Shown here: positions 8,085 through 17,020 of the stretch, piece after piece
How the letters are laid out: every line of letters begins with the position of its first letter
Numbering within the stretch: the first letter of the stretch is position 1
Source: a virus
Taxonomy: Duplodnaviria; Caudoviricetes
Length of the DNA stretch: 64,000 nt
Strand: one strand, 5' to 3'
Virus record (IMG/VR): IMGVR_UViG_3300033061_000469
Span: 6,590 to 70,589 of that record
Program-made: the position numbers and the translations under genes
The notes under the pieces: generated by a model
The model's input: the letters and a program-made list of their open reading frames with translations, nothing else
Told to the model about the DNA's origin: nothing
Databases searched by the model: none

Positions 8085-9554
8085 CTAGTTTTCTTCGATT
8101 GACTGACGAATTATCTCGGTAGTTTGGGCTTCATTTAGACCACCACTTGGCAGTTCTTTAAGCACTTGAGCCTTATCTCCGAATATAGAAGATAGCACAC
8201 CAGCACTGCCTTGTCTCTCTACAGTCATGCGAATAAACTCTCTAGAATCATCTAATTCTTTAACAGTTTTAATTAACTTAAACAACCTATCTATCTCTTG
8301 TGAAACGTTAGGATCTGCGTATCCACCGCTCATTTCTTCAGCAAAACGCATAAAAGCAACCCTTTGTCCCTGCATTTCTATAATTGCATTAATTAAACTC
8401 TTAAGCTGATCTTTAGTTTTTACCTCTACTGGTAACTTAAATGCACAGGAGTTATCTGGCTTAAATGCGGGGCAATTTGATGCCACAAAACATGTATTAC
8501 ACTGCCTTAAACTACTTGATTGTGAGTGTACGACAGACACATCTTTAATAACACCATCATCATCAATTTCGGTCTTAGTTTCATAACCAAAGACTGGTAA
8601 ATTCATCATTTCTTCAGGATTTCGCGCCTGAACTTTCCGTGGTTCAACCCCCTTATTATCATATACGGCAGGGGTAGTTTCCGCGTTTGTACCACTATCC
8701 TCTGGCTCGTTGTTATCATATAACAAGCTGTCATCTGGTTGGTTATTCATTCTGTTTAGCCTCATTTCAAATTGTTCGTAAGACCATAAAGCCAAACGAC
8801 AAACCTCTTGTGGATCGTCTTCGAGAATCTTATCAGCATCTAGACCAGCTTTTGTATATACATTTCTGTATCTAGATCTAGCTTGATCTTTCATTCTCTT
8901 TGGGTATCGAAGTAGTTTACTGCCGTCCCAAATAATAGTCTCACCGTGCAACATAGGCGCTAACCACGATAACGTGCTAGCAGTATGTACTGGCACTTGA
9001 CGCAAATTATCTGGCTTGGCACACCCTAATGCATGAAATCTAGTTCCATGTTGCCTAGTTAATGTTCTAGTGACTACGGCTAATTGAGCCTCACTCTCTA
9101 GTGCATCTCCAGGTAAACCTATGTCCAAGTAGGTGTCTACCATCTCATTTAAGTATGGAAAACCAAACTCTGGTTGCCACACTGATTGAAACTTAGAAGG
9201 TGGTACTTGTGACCATGCTGTTTTTCTTTGTTCTTTTACGAACTCTAGGTCGATCTCTGGGTAACTAATCTCGTTAAACGTGTGTATGCGATCAATATTA
9301 TTTGCTATAAAATCCTCATATTCAGCGGCAAATATCTCTAAATCTAATTTATCTAGCCGTACATCTTTTGGAATACCAGAGTGAACGTGAATCTGAAAGT
9401 CATCATTAAAGTAGTTCTCTAATAAGTAAGCGTTCTTCTTTGGTAACCCGCGCTTCATTAAACGCCAGTAACTTACGCCTACCGCTGTGGCAGAGGTGGT
9501 CTCTAATAGGGTTCTGTTGCTGGGTACCTCAGCACCAAGGTATATAAGTCTCAC
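8085..9554 (-). CDS. queuine tRNA-ribosyltransferase (TGT/DpdA)-like fold protein with C-terminal Cys-cluster domain
   Basis: Motif order resembles TGT-like paralogs: VGVSY, (V)HSG, SVWQ, IGLPG, RFHALG, TASTLSW..G. C-terminal CxxC-x4-C-x8-C. Confidence 0.55.
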   Translation of the reverse strand: MRLIYLGAEVPSNRTLLETTSATAVGVSYWRLMKRGLPKKNAYLLENYFNDDFQIHVHSGIPKDVRLDKLDLEIFAAEYEDFIANNIDRIHTFNEISYPEIDLEFVKEQRKTAWSQVPPSKFQSVWQPEFGFPYLNEMVDTYLDIGLPGDALESEAQLAVVTRTLTRQHGTRFHALGCAKPDNLRQVPVHTASTLSWLAPMLHGETIIWDGSKLLRYPKRMKDQARSRYRNVYTKAGLDADKILEDDPQEVCRLALWSYEQFEMRLNRMNNQPDDSLLYDNNEPEDSGTNAETTPAVYDNKGVEPRKVQARNPEEMMNLPVFGYETKTEIDDDGVIKDVSVVHSQSSSLRQCNTCFVASNCPAFKPDNSCAFKLPVEVKTKDQLKSLINAIIEMQGQRVAFMRFAEEMSGGYADPNVSQEIDRLFKLIKTVKELDDSREFIRMTVERQGSAGVLSSIFGDKAQVLKELPSGGLNEAQTTEIIRQSIEEN

Positions 9555-10018
9555 TCTGAGCGCCGCGGGTCTTGTACAAACTTCTCTTGTTGCTTTACTA
9601 GTTCATCTACAATAGACGACCAGCTTTTAATTCCTTGCCTGCTATCAGGTCTAAATTCTTCTTTAATGTAATAAGGCTGTAAGAACATAAGGGTAGTAAC
9701 ACCAATATTTAATAATTTTTTGGCTAACTCTGGGTCTGCGGTAACAACCATCTCTAGTCCTGCGCCTTTTGCTCGGCAATGTTCTACTTGCCTAAAGTTT
9801 AACTCTTCTTTAGCTCCTGGCACATTTTCGCCAATAACATCATCTACTTGCCAAATCTTGTTTTCTTTAAGCCAACGTTCGTCTTTGTCTTTGTTGGTAG
9901 ATAATAAAAATACCTTATTTCCTTCAGCTAACATGCGGTAAAGGCCTAGGCCCTGATAAATAGTAGTTCCTGTGTCGCTACGTAATACGCCTTCTATAAA
10001 TACCGCAAATGTTGCCAC
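9551..10018 (-). CDS. HAD-like fold protein (degenerate motif I)
   Basis: N-terminal VFIEGVLR resembles DxDGVL, followed by Rossmannoid strands VFLLST and MVVTAD. Confidence 0.45.
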   Translation of the reverse strand: MATFAVFIEGVLRSDTGTTIYQGLGLYRMLAEGNKVFLLSTNKDKDERWLKENKIWQVDDVIGENVPGAKEELNFRQVEHCRAKGAGLEMVVTADPELAKKLLNIGVTTLMFLQPYYIKEEFRPDSRQGIKSWSSIVDELVKQQEKFVQDPRRSE

Positions 10019-10032
10019 GAATACTACTCCAA

Positions 10033-10128
10033 TTAAATTATGCCACCGAGCTCTAACTCTATCTTATCGATAGCGTCATCAATGGTCTTTATTACATCTG
10101 GAAATATATCATCTCTTGGTGTTGGCAC
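10033..10128 (-). CDS. possible 31 aa protein
   Basis: GTG-start MPTPRDDIFPDVIKTIDDAIDKIELELGGII fills the gap. Confidence 0.35.
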   Translation of the reverse strand: MPTPRDDIFPDVIKTIDDAIDKIELELGGII

Positions 10129-11047
10129 TTAACGCTCTTCTTACTAATGTTCTGGCTTCTGGTAATTCCATGCCATATGTTTGAGCTTCAAATTCCTTAC
10201 GACCTTTAATTGATATATCTTTTAACTTCTTTAACGCCTGAACTGTACCAGCAGATTTGCCAGATTGCCATCTGTAATTTGCTATGTCTGAATAACCTTG
10301 ACCGCTTGGACTAAACGCATATTTGCGACCATGATGTATGTCATCAAATAAGGCTGATCCTTGATCTATGGCTAACTTTAGTGCTGATTCTGCATTTCGT
10401 CTAGCAGAGTCGTTAGACGCAGCGGCTATGTCTGATAAAGCTTTTGAATATCTTGACAATATCTCTGTAGTCATTGACGCATCTTTAGATACTTTTAGTT
10501 CCCACCCTTTATTTGATGGTGGACTTTTAATTTCAGGTTGAACTGTCCAGTCGTCTTGTGTTAATGAGTAGGCTGCGTATGGCTTGATGGATTTAATATC
10601 TGTTCGTACATTTGCATAAAATGTTAACTCAAACGCTTCTAAAAAGTTAGTGGTAAGTGGTTGTAATTCTTTGCTAAAGTCTTCATTAAACATTGAGGCT
10701 ATCTCTTGATCGCTAAATCCTTTATAATCTGGATTTGATTGCCTAAAGGCTAAGTAGTTAATACCAATTAAACAGTCTAAATCTGCTGGGCTTCTTGCAG
10801 CTGTCCATTGATACGATACGGCTGATCCAGCTATCCAAACAGTTGTAAATGATTCTGGGCTGTAATAATGTCGGCGAAGATGCTCAAATAGGATTCTTAA
10901 TACCGCAGATCTAATGGCGGGTATGAATTTATTGTTTCTAAATAATCTAGGGTCTAATCCTGCCCCTGGTTTGCTAAAATAAGAAGTCTCGGCTGGTTCT
11001 ATGGTTACTGGTGCGGCTTGTGCCACTAGTGCGTCATAAAAATCCAT
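10109..11047 (-). CDS. Pol-beta superfamily nucleotidyltransferase
   Basis: IAGSAVSYQW-x7-DLDCL matches hGS-x~12-DhD. A downstream acidic strand FELTFY follows. Confidence 0.8.
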   Translation of the reverse strand: MDFYDALVAQAAPVTIEPAETSYFSKPGAGLDPRLFRNNKFIPAIRSAVLRILFEHLRRHYYSPESFTTVWIAGSAVSYQWTAARSPADLDCLIGINYLAFRQSNPDYKGFSDQEIASMFNEDFSKELQPLTTNFLEAFELTFYANVRTDIKSIKPYAAYSLTQDDWTVQPEIKSPPSNKGWELKVSKDASMTTEILSRYSKALSDIAAASNDSARRNAESALKLAIDQGSALFDDIHHGRKYAFSPSGQGYSDIANYRWQSGKSAGTVQALKKLKDISIKGRKEFEAQTYGMELPEARTLVRRALSANTKR

Positions 11048-11050
11048 CTA

Positions 11051-11266
11051 TCAAGTATAGTCTTCTTCGTCTCTTTCTTTATACATAACGTCGTAGCGTT
11101 GAGTTTTTTCTTGTGGATCTTTCTTTATTTGGCTCATATAACCACATTGTTGATGGCCAGAAATAAATTGTTGCGCCCACAATATAATTAGTGACTCATT
11201 GCCTGTTTCTTCAACATCTGCTTGAAAAGATGCTGTACATGTACATGTCATTTCTATGAAAGCCAT
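11051..11266 (-). CDS. small Cys/His protein
   Basis: CTC...H..CG motif, in operon. Confidence 0.65.
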   Translation of the reverse strand: MAFIEMTCTCTASFQADVEETGNESLIILWAQQFISGHQQCGYMSQIKKDPQEKTQRYDVMYKERDEEDYT

Positions 11267-11293
11267 TGGGTGCCTGCCTTCTAAGGTGGGTTC

Positions 11294-11551
11294 CTACAGT
11301 ATACCCCTGTCGGTCAATGCCTCGCGGATTGAACTAGACGGCGTTTCTGGGATAGGTGTAGCGCTTTTTAAGGCCTCTATCATGGCTTGGGTCTTAATGG
11401 CGTCTAAAAGGTCCATACAGGCCATTTTGACGTCTTGTTTAGTGGCTTTTCTATCTTGAGTAGCATCTACCTCAATATCGGTAACAGCTACGTACCCCCC
11501 GTTAACCTCTTTATATACTAAAAAAGCAGTTTCTACCTTTTTCTCACTCAT
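11294..11551 (-). CDS. hypothetical protein
   Basis: 85 aa, overlaps the upstream stop. Confidence 0.7.
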   Translation of the reverse strand: MSEKKVETAFLVYKEVNGGYVAVTDIEVDATQDRKATKQDVKMACMDLLDAIKTQAMIEALKSATPIPETPSSSIREALTDRGIL

Positions 11552-12092
11552 ACAGTCCTTGCTCTTGATATGCCTTCTTTTGGTTATACATTTTTACAGG
11601 GCAGAAGTCACATAGGTATATCTTGCTTTTAGATTTACTTAAACCCGCGGCTTCACGTTCTTTATCTGTTCCTGGTTTTAATATCTTACGGTCAATTTTA
11701 TAATCTGAGCATTGACCTTTTGGTTTATTATGAAGCCCCCAACATTTCATTGCGTCAGATGAAAACGTATCTTTAAGGTCATAGAACCCTGTACCAAATA
11801 CGTCTAGTCCAGATGAACCTTTACCTTCAATTATTTGCGCTTTAATCTGCGCCACAATAGATTCTTTAACCTTTGGGGTCATCCAGTAAGCCCAATTAAC
11901 ATCTGTTAGTAGTCCGTAGCAACCCTTACGTTCGTGCGGGGCATTGGCTTCTTTAAGAAATGAGTTTTCAGTTTGTTCATACTTTCCCTCACCAAGGTAC
12001 TTACCGCTTTTATCGTAAGGGATTTCTTCAATGCTTTTGCAAGTATAGCAAATAAGCAAAAGGATATATTCTTGCTCTAAGGTCTCTGACAT
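11544..12092 (-). CDS. hypothetical Zn-binding protein
   Basis: CYTC..H..C and C..H..C..CDFCP motifs. Extended -10 box directly upstream. Confidence 0.75.
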   Translation of the reverse strand: MSETLEQEYILLLICYTCKSIEEIPYDKSGKYLGEGKYEQTENSFLKEANAPHERKGCYGLLTDVNWAYWMTPKVKESIVAQIKAQIIEGKGSSGLDVFGTGFYDLKDTFSSDAMKCWGLHNKPKGQCSDYKIDRKILKPGTDKEREAAGLSKSKSKIYLCDFCPVKMYNQKKAYQEQGLYE

Positions 12093-12113
12093 GAGCAGAA
12101 GCCTACCACATCA

Positions 12114-12446
12114 CTATATAGATTTGTTCTTTCTAGCTAAATTTTCAAGATTTCTAGCCTTTTGAACGTGAGACTCAACCTTAGATGTAGATGTTGTAGT
12201 TGGTCTCTTAGGTGCTTGCTTAGTTGTTTTAAGAGTTCTCATTGGTTTAGCGGCTACTGCCTTAGCGGCGGGGCTTGACTCAGTTTTTTTCTGACCCACT
12301 CCAGCGTCTTTTCTAATAAAGGAAAATTGACCGCCTGAACCGATTGAAATATTAGTCATGGTCTCGCTTTTGCCCTTCATGGCAGCTACATGTTCTGGGT
12401 TAGTTCTGTCAAACTTTGCTGTCTCACGGCCTACTGACTCAGACAT
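12114..12446 (-). CDS. basic hypothetical protein
   Basis: 110 aa, Lys/Thr-rich. Confidence 0.65.
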   Translation of the reverse strand: MSESVGRETAKFDRTNPEHVAAMKGKSETMTNISIGSGGQFSFIRKDAGVGQKKTESSPAAKAVAAKPMRTLKTTKQAPKRPTTTSTSKVESHVQKARNLENLARKNKSI

Positions 12447-12618
12447 TTGATCTCTTTTCTGCTCTACGGGCTAAAGCTGCAGGACTGTATCCACCTACAG
12501 TTTTACCTTTTTTAACATTAGTCTTAGGGTTTTTCTTTACCGCTTTACCGTTTGGACGATTTGCGCCAGACATTACCTTTGCTGGAGCTGGAGTAGATTT
12601 GTTTTTACCTTTAGCCAT
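12439..12618 (-). CDS. Lys-rich small protein (59 aa, not in ORF track)
   Basis: MAKGKNKSTPAPAK...RRAEKRSNV, SD AGGGAG. Confidence 0.7.
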   Translation of the reverse strand: MAKGKNKSTPAPAKVMSGANRPNGKAVKKNPKTNVKKGKTVGGYSPAALARRAEKRSNV

Positions 12619-12648
12619 TGTATTCTCCCTAAATATGTATTGTTAATA

Positions 12649-12933
12649 CTACCCTAAAAAATGCTTTGTTATCGCTGTAATGGCCAATAATGACCAAATA
12701 ATATTAAAATATATAATTGTAGGCAGGGTTTTAATGGTAGATGTAAGAATCAAAGACAAACTAGAGATTAAAGCAAATATATACAGCCACCACCATTGTT
12801 TACCTAGTAAAAGGCCAGGAATTATAATTAGTAATTTAGTAGAAAAAGCAAAAAATTCAATTGTATTTACCGTACTCCAGTAAGATTTTTGGAAAAGTCG
12901 CCCAAGTACGGTACGTATTTCTTTACTCTTCAT
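12649..12933 (-). CDS. small membrane protein (about 3 TM)
   Basis: Three hydrophobic segments. Overlaps the end of the halogenase gene. Confidence 0.7.
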   Translation of the reverse strand: MKSKEIRTVLGRLFQKSYWSTVNTIEFFAFSTKLLIIIPGLLLGKQWWWLYIFALISSLSLILTSTIKTLPTIIYFNIIWSLLAITAITKHFLG

Positions 12934-14491
12934 TGTATATATTTTCCTTTAAATACTGGTAATGAGTAGGTGCTTTGTCTATTGCTTCTTTCCACATTTG
13001 TCGTTTTTTTGCTCTCATTTCAAAATATGGGGTTAAATCCTTGTACATGTTTTTATCTCTATAAAAACTAATCTGATTTAATTTAGATGGAGTAAGGGTA
13101 GTGTAACCTAAACCAACAGCAATGCAAGCGTCACGCTCTAAAATAAATCCGTTGCCTTTGTCACCCCATATTTGAGCTGAAATAGCAAAATGTTCATCTG
13201 GGTAATTGCGCTCACTTGTTATATTTTTCCAATAAGGCGTGTCATCTCTTTGGGAAAGTTGAAAGTGTAAAGCAACAAAAATAGACTGTAAGTACACTTT
13301 ATTTACATTATTTTTATTAAACGCTTCTATATCCCATTTAGTTACTATTTCTCTATTTTGAAGTGTGCTAATTAAGTCCATAGCAAATAAATGTATAAAT
13401 AATAATCCAGTGCTCTCTAGTGGCTCTAAAAATGCGGCTGATAGACCTATAGCACACACATTTTTTACCCAAAATCTATTGTAATAACCATTTTTAATAT
13501 CAATTTTTTTAAAATTAACTTTTTCAGATCTATGCGGGTCATGGCAAACCATAGTGTCAGAGTTTAAATGATTTTTAAACTCTTGTAACGCCGTATCGTC
13601 ATCAACAAACTCATTGCTATATACATAACCAGTACCTATACGGTTCCATAATGGGGTATTCCAAACCCATCCATTTTTATCTCCAGTGCAATCTGTGTAT
13701 GTTCTTAGTTCTTTTTCTTTATCTGTATAAGGTACCTGCGCAGCCCAAGCTTTATTATTTGGCAAAATGTCGTTAGTTGAATGAAACGGTTCCTTTAAAT
13801 AACCACCCAATAATAAACTCTTAAACCCAGTGCAATCAATAAATAAATCCCCAAAAATCTCTGTTCCATCCTGTAGTACGACAGAAGTAATTCCCTCTTC
13901 ACTACCATTAATTCGTCCTACTGTTCCAATAATTCGTTTAACCCCACGAGGAACTGCATACTTAGTAGCTAACCAATCAGCAAACAAAGATGCATCAAAT
14001 TGGTATACCGCATCTTTTTCTGGTCTAAAGTATGGATAAAATGGCCCAGGCCTATCCATAACGATCTTATTAGTATTAAAACAACCTGCTGATGGGTAGT
14101 AGTACTCAACGTAATCTGAATCAGAAAGTGTTGGGTCCGCAGCCCTTCTAAAATGCCAATCATTTAAACCAAAATGTGTAGAGGTTTTATCTGGTGTACC
14201 AAAGGGGTAAAAAAACGTTGGTGACTTTGGTAGTTTAAAGTTTGTAAATCCAATAGCTAATTTATAAGCAGCATTTGTATGCTTCATAAATTCTTTATAA
14301 TCAATATCTAAATAGTTTAACCAAGAAGTAAATTCAGATACTGTACTTTCTCCTACCCCAACAGTAGGCACATCTGAACTTTCAATAAGGGTAATATCTT
14401 TATTTGGAAATGCTTTTATAAAAGTTGCTGCTGTCATCCATCCAGCAGAACCGCCACCAACAATTACAACTTTTTCGATTTTATACGACAT
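12923..14491 (-). CDS. flavin-dependent tryptophan halogenase (PrnA/RebH) family protein
   Basis: GGGSAGWMTA, GVGEST, AYKLAI (catalytic Lys position), FIDCTGF, GWVWNTPL (WxWxIP variant) and FLEPLESTG. Confidence 0.92.
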   Translation of the reverse strand: MSYKIEKVVIVGGGSAGWMTAATFIKAFPNKDITLIESSDVPTVGVGESTVSEFTSWLNYLDIDYKEFMKHTNAAYKLAIGFTNFKLPKSPTFFYPFGTPDKTSTHFGLNDWHFRRAADPTLSDSDYVEYYYPSAGCFNTNKIVMDRPGPFYPYFRPEKDAVYQFDASLFADWLATKYAVPRGVKRIIGTVGRINGSEEGITSVVLQDGTEIFGDLFIDCTGFKSLLLGGYLKEPFHSTNDILPNNKAWAAQVPYTDKEKELRTYTDCTGDKNGWVWNTPLWNRIGTGYVYSNEFVDDDTALQEFKNHLNSDTMVCHDPHRSEKVNFKKIDIKNGYYNRFWVKNVCAIGLSAAFLEPLESTGLLFIHLFAMDLISTLQNREIVTKWDIEAFNKNNVNKVYLQSIFVALHFQLSQRDDTPYWKNITSERNYPDEHFAISAQIWGDKGNGFILERDACIAVGLGYTTLTPSKLNQISFYRDKNMYKDLTPYFEMRAKKRQMWKEAIDKAPTHYQYLKENIYNEE

Positions 14492-14525
14492 TTGTAGACC
14501 GATCTATTTAGGAATAATTTAAATA

Positions 14526-14825
14526 TTATTTTGCTGAATTAATCTTAACTGTTGCGTCCTTAGGAAATGCTCGGTTACCGCTCTTGTTTAAACGGTCTGA
14601 CTTATCAGAATTTTCTTTAGCAATACGGCCAGACTTTACGCCTTCTGCAATCTCTGCGCTTGCTCTATTAAATATCTTTTGATCAAAGTGTGGAAGACCT
14701 GTTGCTTCTTTTCTAACCTTTACGTTTCCCTTACCAATACCAGACTCATAGGCTTTAGTGTTTGATGGGTTAAAAAAACGATCGCTATCCATTTTAGTAA
14801 TAAATTGTTGTTCGCTAGGGATCAT
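14526..14825 (-). CDS. hypothetical protein
   Basis: 99 aa, TAATG coupling. Confidence 0.65.
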   Translation of the reverse strand: MIPSEQQFITKMDSDRFFNPSNTKAYESGIGKGNVKVRKEATGLPHFDQKIFNRASAEIAEGVKSGRIAKENSDKSDRLNKSGNRAFPKDATVKINSAK

Positions 14826-15028
14826 TACATACCCCTCGATTCTTTTTCGTGTTCTGCTTGTGCAGCACGGTAATCGTCTATTTCTTCTGCGTACTTTCCA
14901 AATAACTTAGACTTATGTTCGTCTAGGTCTTCTGGTGTATATTGGTTTGGCGCCCATGTTAATGGCTCAGGTTTATTTAATACAACCTTAGACATGCGGT
15001 TGGTGTCGTGTGATTTGTCCTTAGACAT
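14825..15028 (-). CDS. hypothetical protein
   Basis: 67 aa, TAATG coupling. Confidence 0.65.
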   Translation of the reverse strand: MSKDKSHDTNRMSKVVLNKPEPLTWAPNQYTPEDLDEHKSKLFGKYAEEIDDYRAAQAEHEKESRGM

Positions 15029-15237
15029 TAGTTGCCTGCTGGGTTTACTTTGGCTTGCTCTTCTGAATTAATAAAACCATAGTTCATGTATGGGTGCAAG
15101 CCTGAACGGTTTTTAACTACTAACTCATCACCTTGTGCTGGTGCGACTGTAGTATTTGGACGACGCTTACGGTATTTACCATCGGTTGCGCCTTCTAATA
15201 GTTCTGAGTTCTCTGAACGTGCTTTGCGAACTGTCAT
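15028..15237 (-). CDS. hypothetical protein (start revised to MTVRKARS)
   Basis: ATGA overlap with the upstream stop at 15234-15237. Confidence 0.65.
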   Translation of the reverse strand: MTVRKARSENSELLEGATDGKYRKRRPNTTVAPAQGDELVVKNRSGLHPYMNYGFINSEEQAKVNPAGN

Positions 15238-15467
15238 GCCATTCGGCCTTTCACTCGTGAATATTGCGACTTCCGTGTGCAGGAAGGGCAAACCTTCTGG
15301 TTAAGTAATGATTGTACTGGATCAATACGCATTCCGCACTTAGTACAAGCATTATCTCCATTATATTGGGTAGTATTTAATTCTTTTTGGGTGCTAAGTG
15401 CCACATCTTCAGCCCCAGCCATGCCTTCGCCTGTGCTATCAGTGAATAAACCTGGGTCGTTTTTCAT
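15234..15467 (-). CDS. small Zn-finger protein
   Basis: CTKC...CPSC. Confidence 0.7.
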   Translation of the reverse strand: MKNDPGLFTDSTGEGMAGAEDVALSTQKELNTTQYNGDNACTKCGMRIDPVQSLLNQKVCPSCTRKSQYSRVKGRMA

Positions 15468-15625
15468 TAGTAATCACCCATTTCTGCATCAGCAGCTTGT
15501 GTTTGAGCGTGGTCTGCAGATAAGTCCCTATTGTAAACGCTGTAGGGGTCTTCTTCAATTTGACGTTCGCGTTCTTTTCTAGATGGGTCTGTTTCATAAT
15601 TAAAATCTTTGTTATTGCGTCCCAT
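15467..15625 (-). CDS. small hypothetical protein (52 aa, not in ORF track)
   Basis: MGRNNKDFNYETDPSR...EMGDY fills the gap with TAATG coupling. Confidence 0.6.
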   Translation of the reverse strand: MGRNNKDFNYETDPSRKERERQIEEDPYSVYNRDLSADHAQTQAADAEMGDY

Positions 15626-15626
15626 T

Positions 15627-16007
15627 TTATACCTGTCCTAACGTATTTCGACTAGATGATTGAGTTGTGTTAGGGGTCTGACTGAAATCAGACTCTACAC
15701 GTTGCTGTCCGCGACGCGGCATATCAATTATATCCTCAACGCTAATTTCGTCCTCGGTATAACCGTATTTTTCAGGGAAAGCTTGGATTTGTGGAAGTGG
15801 GGGTCTTACATATTCTCTAATTTCAGATGGACTCATGCGCCATGCGGCTAATGATTGACTTAATAATCTTTCTTGATTGCTTGCAAATGGGCCAATATAC
15901 TCTTGAGGAGGATAGGCTGCTTGCTCTGGTGCTATATAAGCTGGCTCACTTCTATCTTTATCCCATGGCTTATGACCATAGACGCCATCTGCAAATTTAC
16001 CTGACAT
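15627..16007 (-). CDS. hypothetical protein
   Basis: 126 aa, in operon. Confidence 0.7.
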   Translation of the reverse strand: MSGKFADGVYGHKPWDKDRSEPAYIAPEQAAYPPQEYIGPFASNQERLLSQSLAAWRMSPSEIREYVRPPLPQIQAFPEKYGYTEDEISVEDIIDMPRRGQQRVESDFSQTPNTTQSSSRNTLGQV

Positions 16008-16483
16008 TACTCACCGTCCCTATGCTTGTACTCAAAAGGTATTTTATAGCTTGGAACAGGGGTTTTAATCCCTCTAGTTCTGCTGGCTTGATTGACAACA
16101 TTTTTTCTTTTATTTTTATTTCCGTAATTTGAGTTTAATTCTATGGCTTCGTCAAAACTTACTTTTCTGTTTACAACCGCCTCATGTGTATCAAGCATTG
16201 AAGGAGGTTTTCCAGTGGTTTTGCGTTCAATTTTTTGGGCCCTAAATTCAGATATGGGTCTGTTGTTATATCTTTTATTAGGATCATATTTGGGGTTTAA
16301 ATCTTTTGCTTGTTCTAAATCTATGTGTCCTTCTTTATATGCAGCATGAACTAAAGGTTGCTCAGGTGTTTTGTGGGGTTTTACGCCCCTTTTAACACCA
16401 AAACCTGCTGCCTTAATATCGGAATCTAACTTATTTAAATCTACTTTTCTATTTGGATGTCTAGAAGTATCTTGAGTTGACAT
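16007..16483 (-). CDS. basic hypothetical protein with internal repeat (H.A...G/R.I/V..E/D.A..LN.)
   Basis: VHAAYKEGHIDLEQAKDLNPKY is echoed by THEAVVNRKVSFDEAIELNSNY. Confidence 0.7.
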   Translation of the reverse strand: MSTQDTSRHPNRKVDLNKLDSDIKAAGFGVKRGVKPHKTPEQPLVHAAYKEGHIDLEQAKDLNPKYDPNKRYNNRPISEFRAQKIERKTTGKPPSMLDTHEAVVNRKVSFDEAIELNSNYGNKNKRKNVVNQASRTRGIKTPVPSYKIPFEYKHRDGE

Positions 16484-17016
16484 TATTTCCAGCTTGGTCT
16501 CATACGAGCCATTTGATCTACACGTCTTTTATCTAATGACATTGGAGATGTACTTCTCATATTAGCTTTGCCATCGTTAGGTAAGTGTGGAGCTGGTGCA
16601 ACGCTTGCATCTTCTACATATCTTTTAGACATATATACATTACCTTTTTTAGAAGCTTTCATTTGTCGTGCAATACCGCGGTAGTTTTCTAAACCTTCTG
16701 GATAATAATAATCTGATGCATCAATTCGTTCGCCTCTGTGGACACCACGTTGGTATGAACGTTGTCCAATGCGAACTTTTAAACTATTTAATACTTTTTC
16801 CGATGTACTGTTAGGACGACCACGATCATCTCTACGAGTACGTATAGTACCTAAATAGCCATCAGGGTATTCCGCTTGTGGTGCACGACCGACACCCAAG
16901 CGAAGGAAGTCAAGCTCAGAACGAGCAACAGGAACTCCACCACCACCATATGTAGTATTAGTACCATACATTCCCCCAGCACCGAGGTTTTGTATATTTT
17001 GATGGCTATTAGGCAT
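16483..17016 (-). CDS. conserved phage hypothetical protein
   Basis: 177 aa, G.AP.AEYPDGYLGTIR.RR.DR segment. Confidence 0.75.
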   Translation of the reverse strand: MPNSHQNIQNLGAGGMYGTNTTYGGGGVPVARSELDFLRLGVGRAPQAEYPDGYLGTIRTRRDDRGRPNSTSEKVLNSLKVRIGQRSYQRGVHRGERIDASDYYYPEGLENYRGIARQMKASKKGNVYMSKRYVEDASVAPAPHLPNDGKANMRSTSPMSLDKRRVDQMARMRPSWK

Positions 17017-17020
17017 ACAC

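Noticed and set aside
8085-9554. Canonical 7-deazaguanine DNA modification (dpdA + que genes)
   Set aside because: No folE/queC/D/E in the window, and the catalytic Asp motifs appear substituted. Kept only as a TGT-like unknown.
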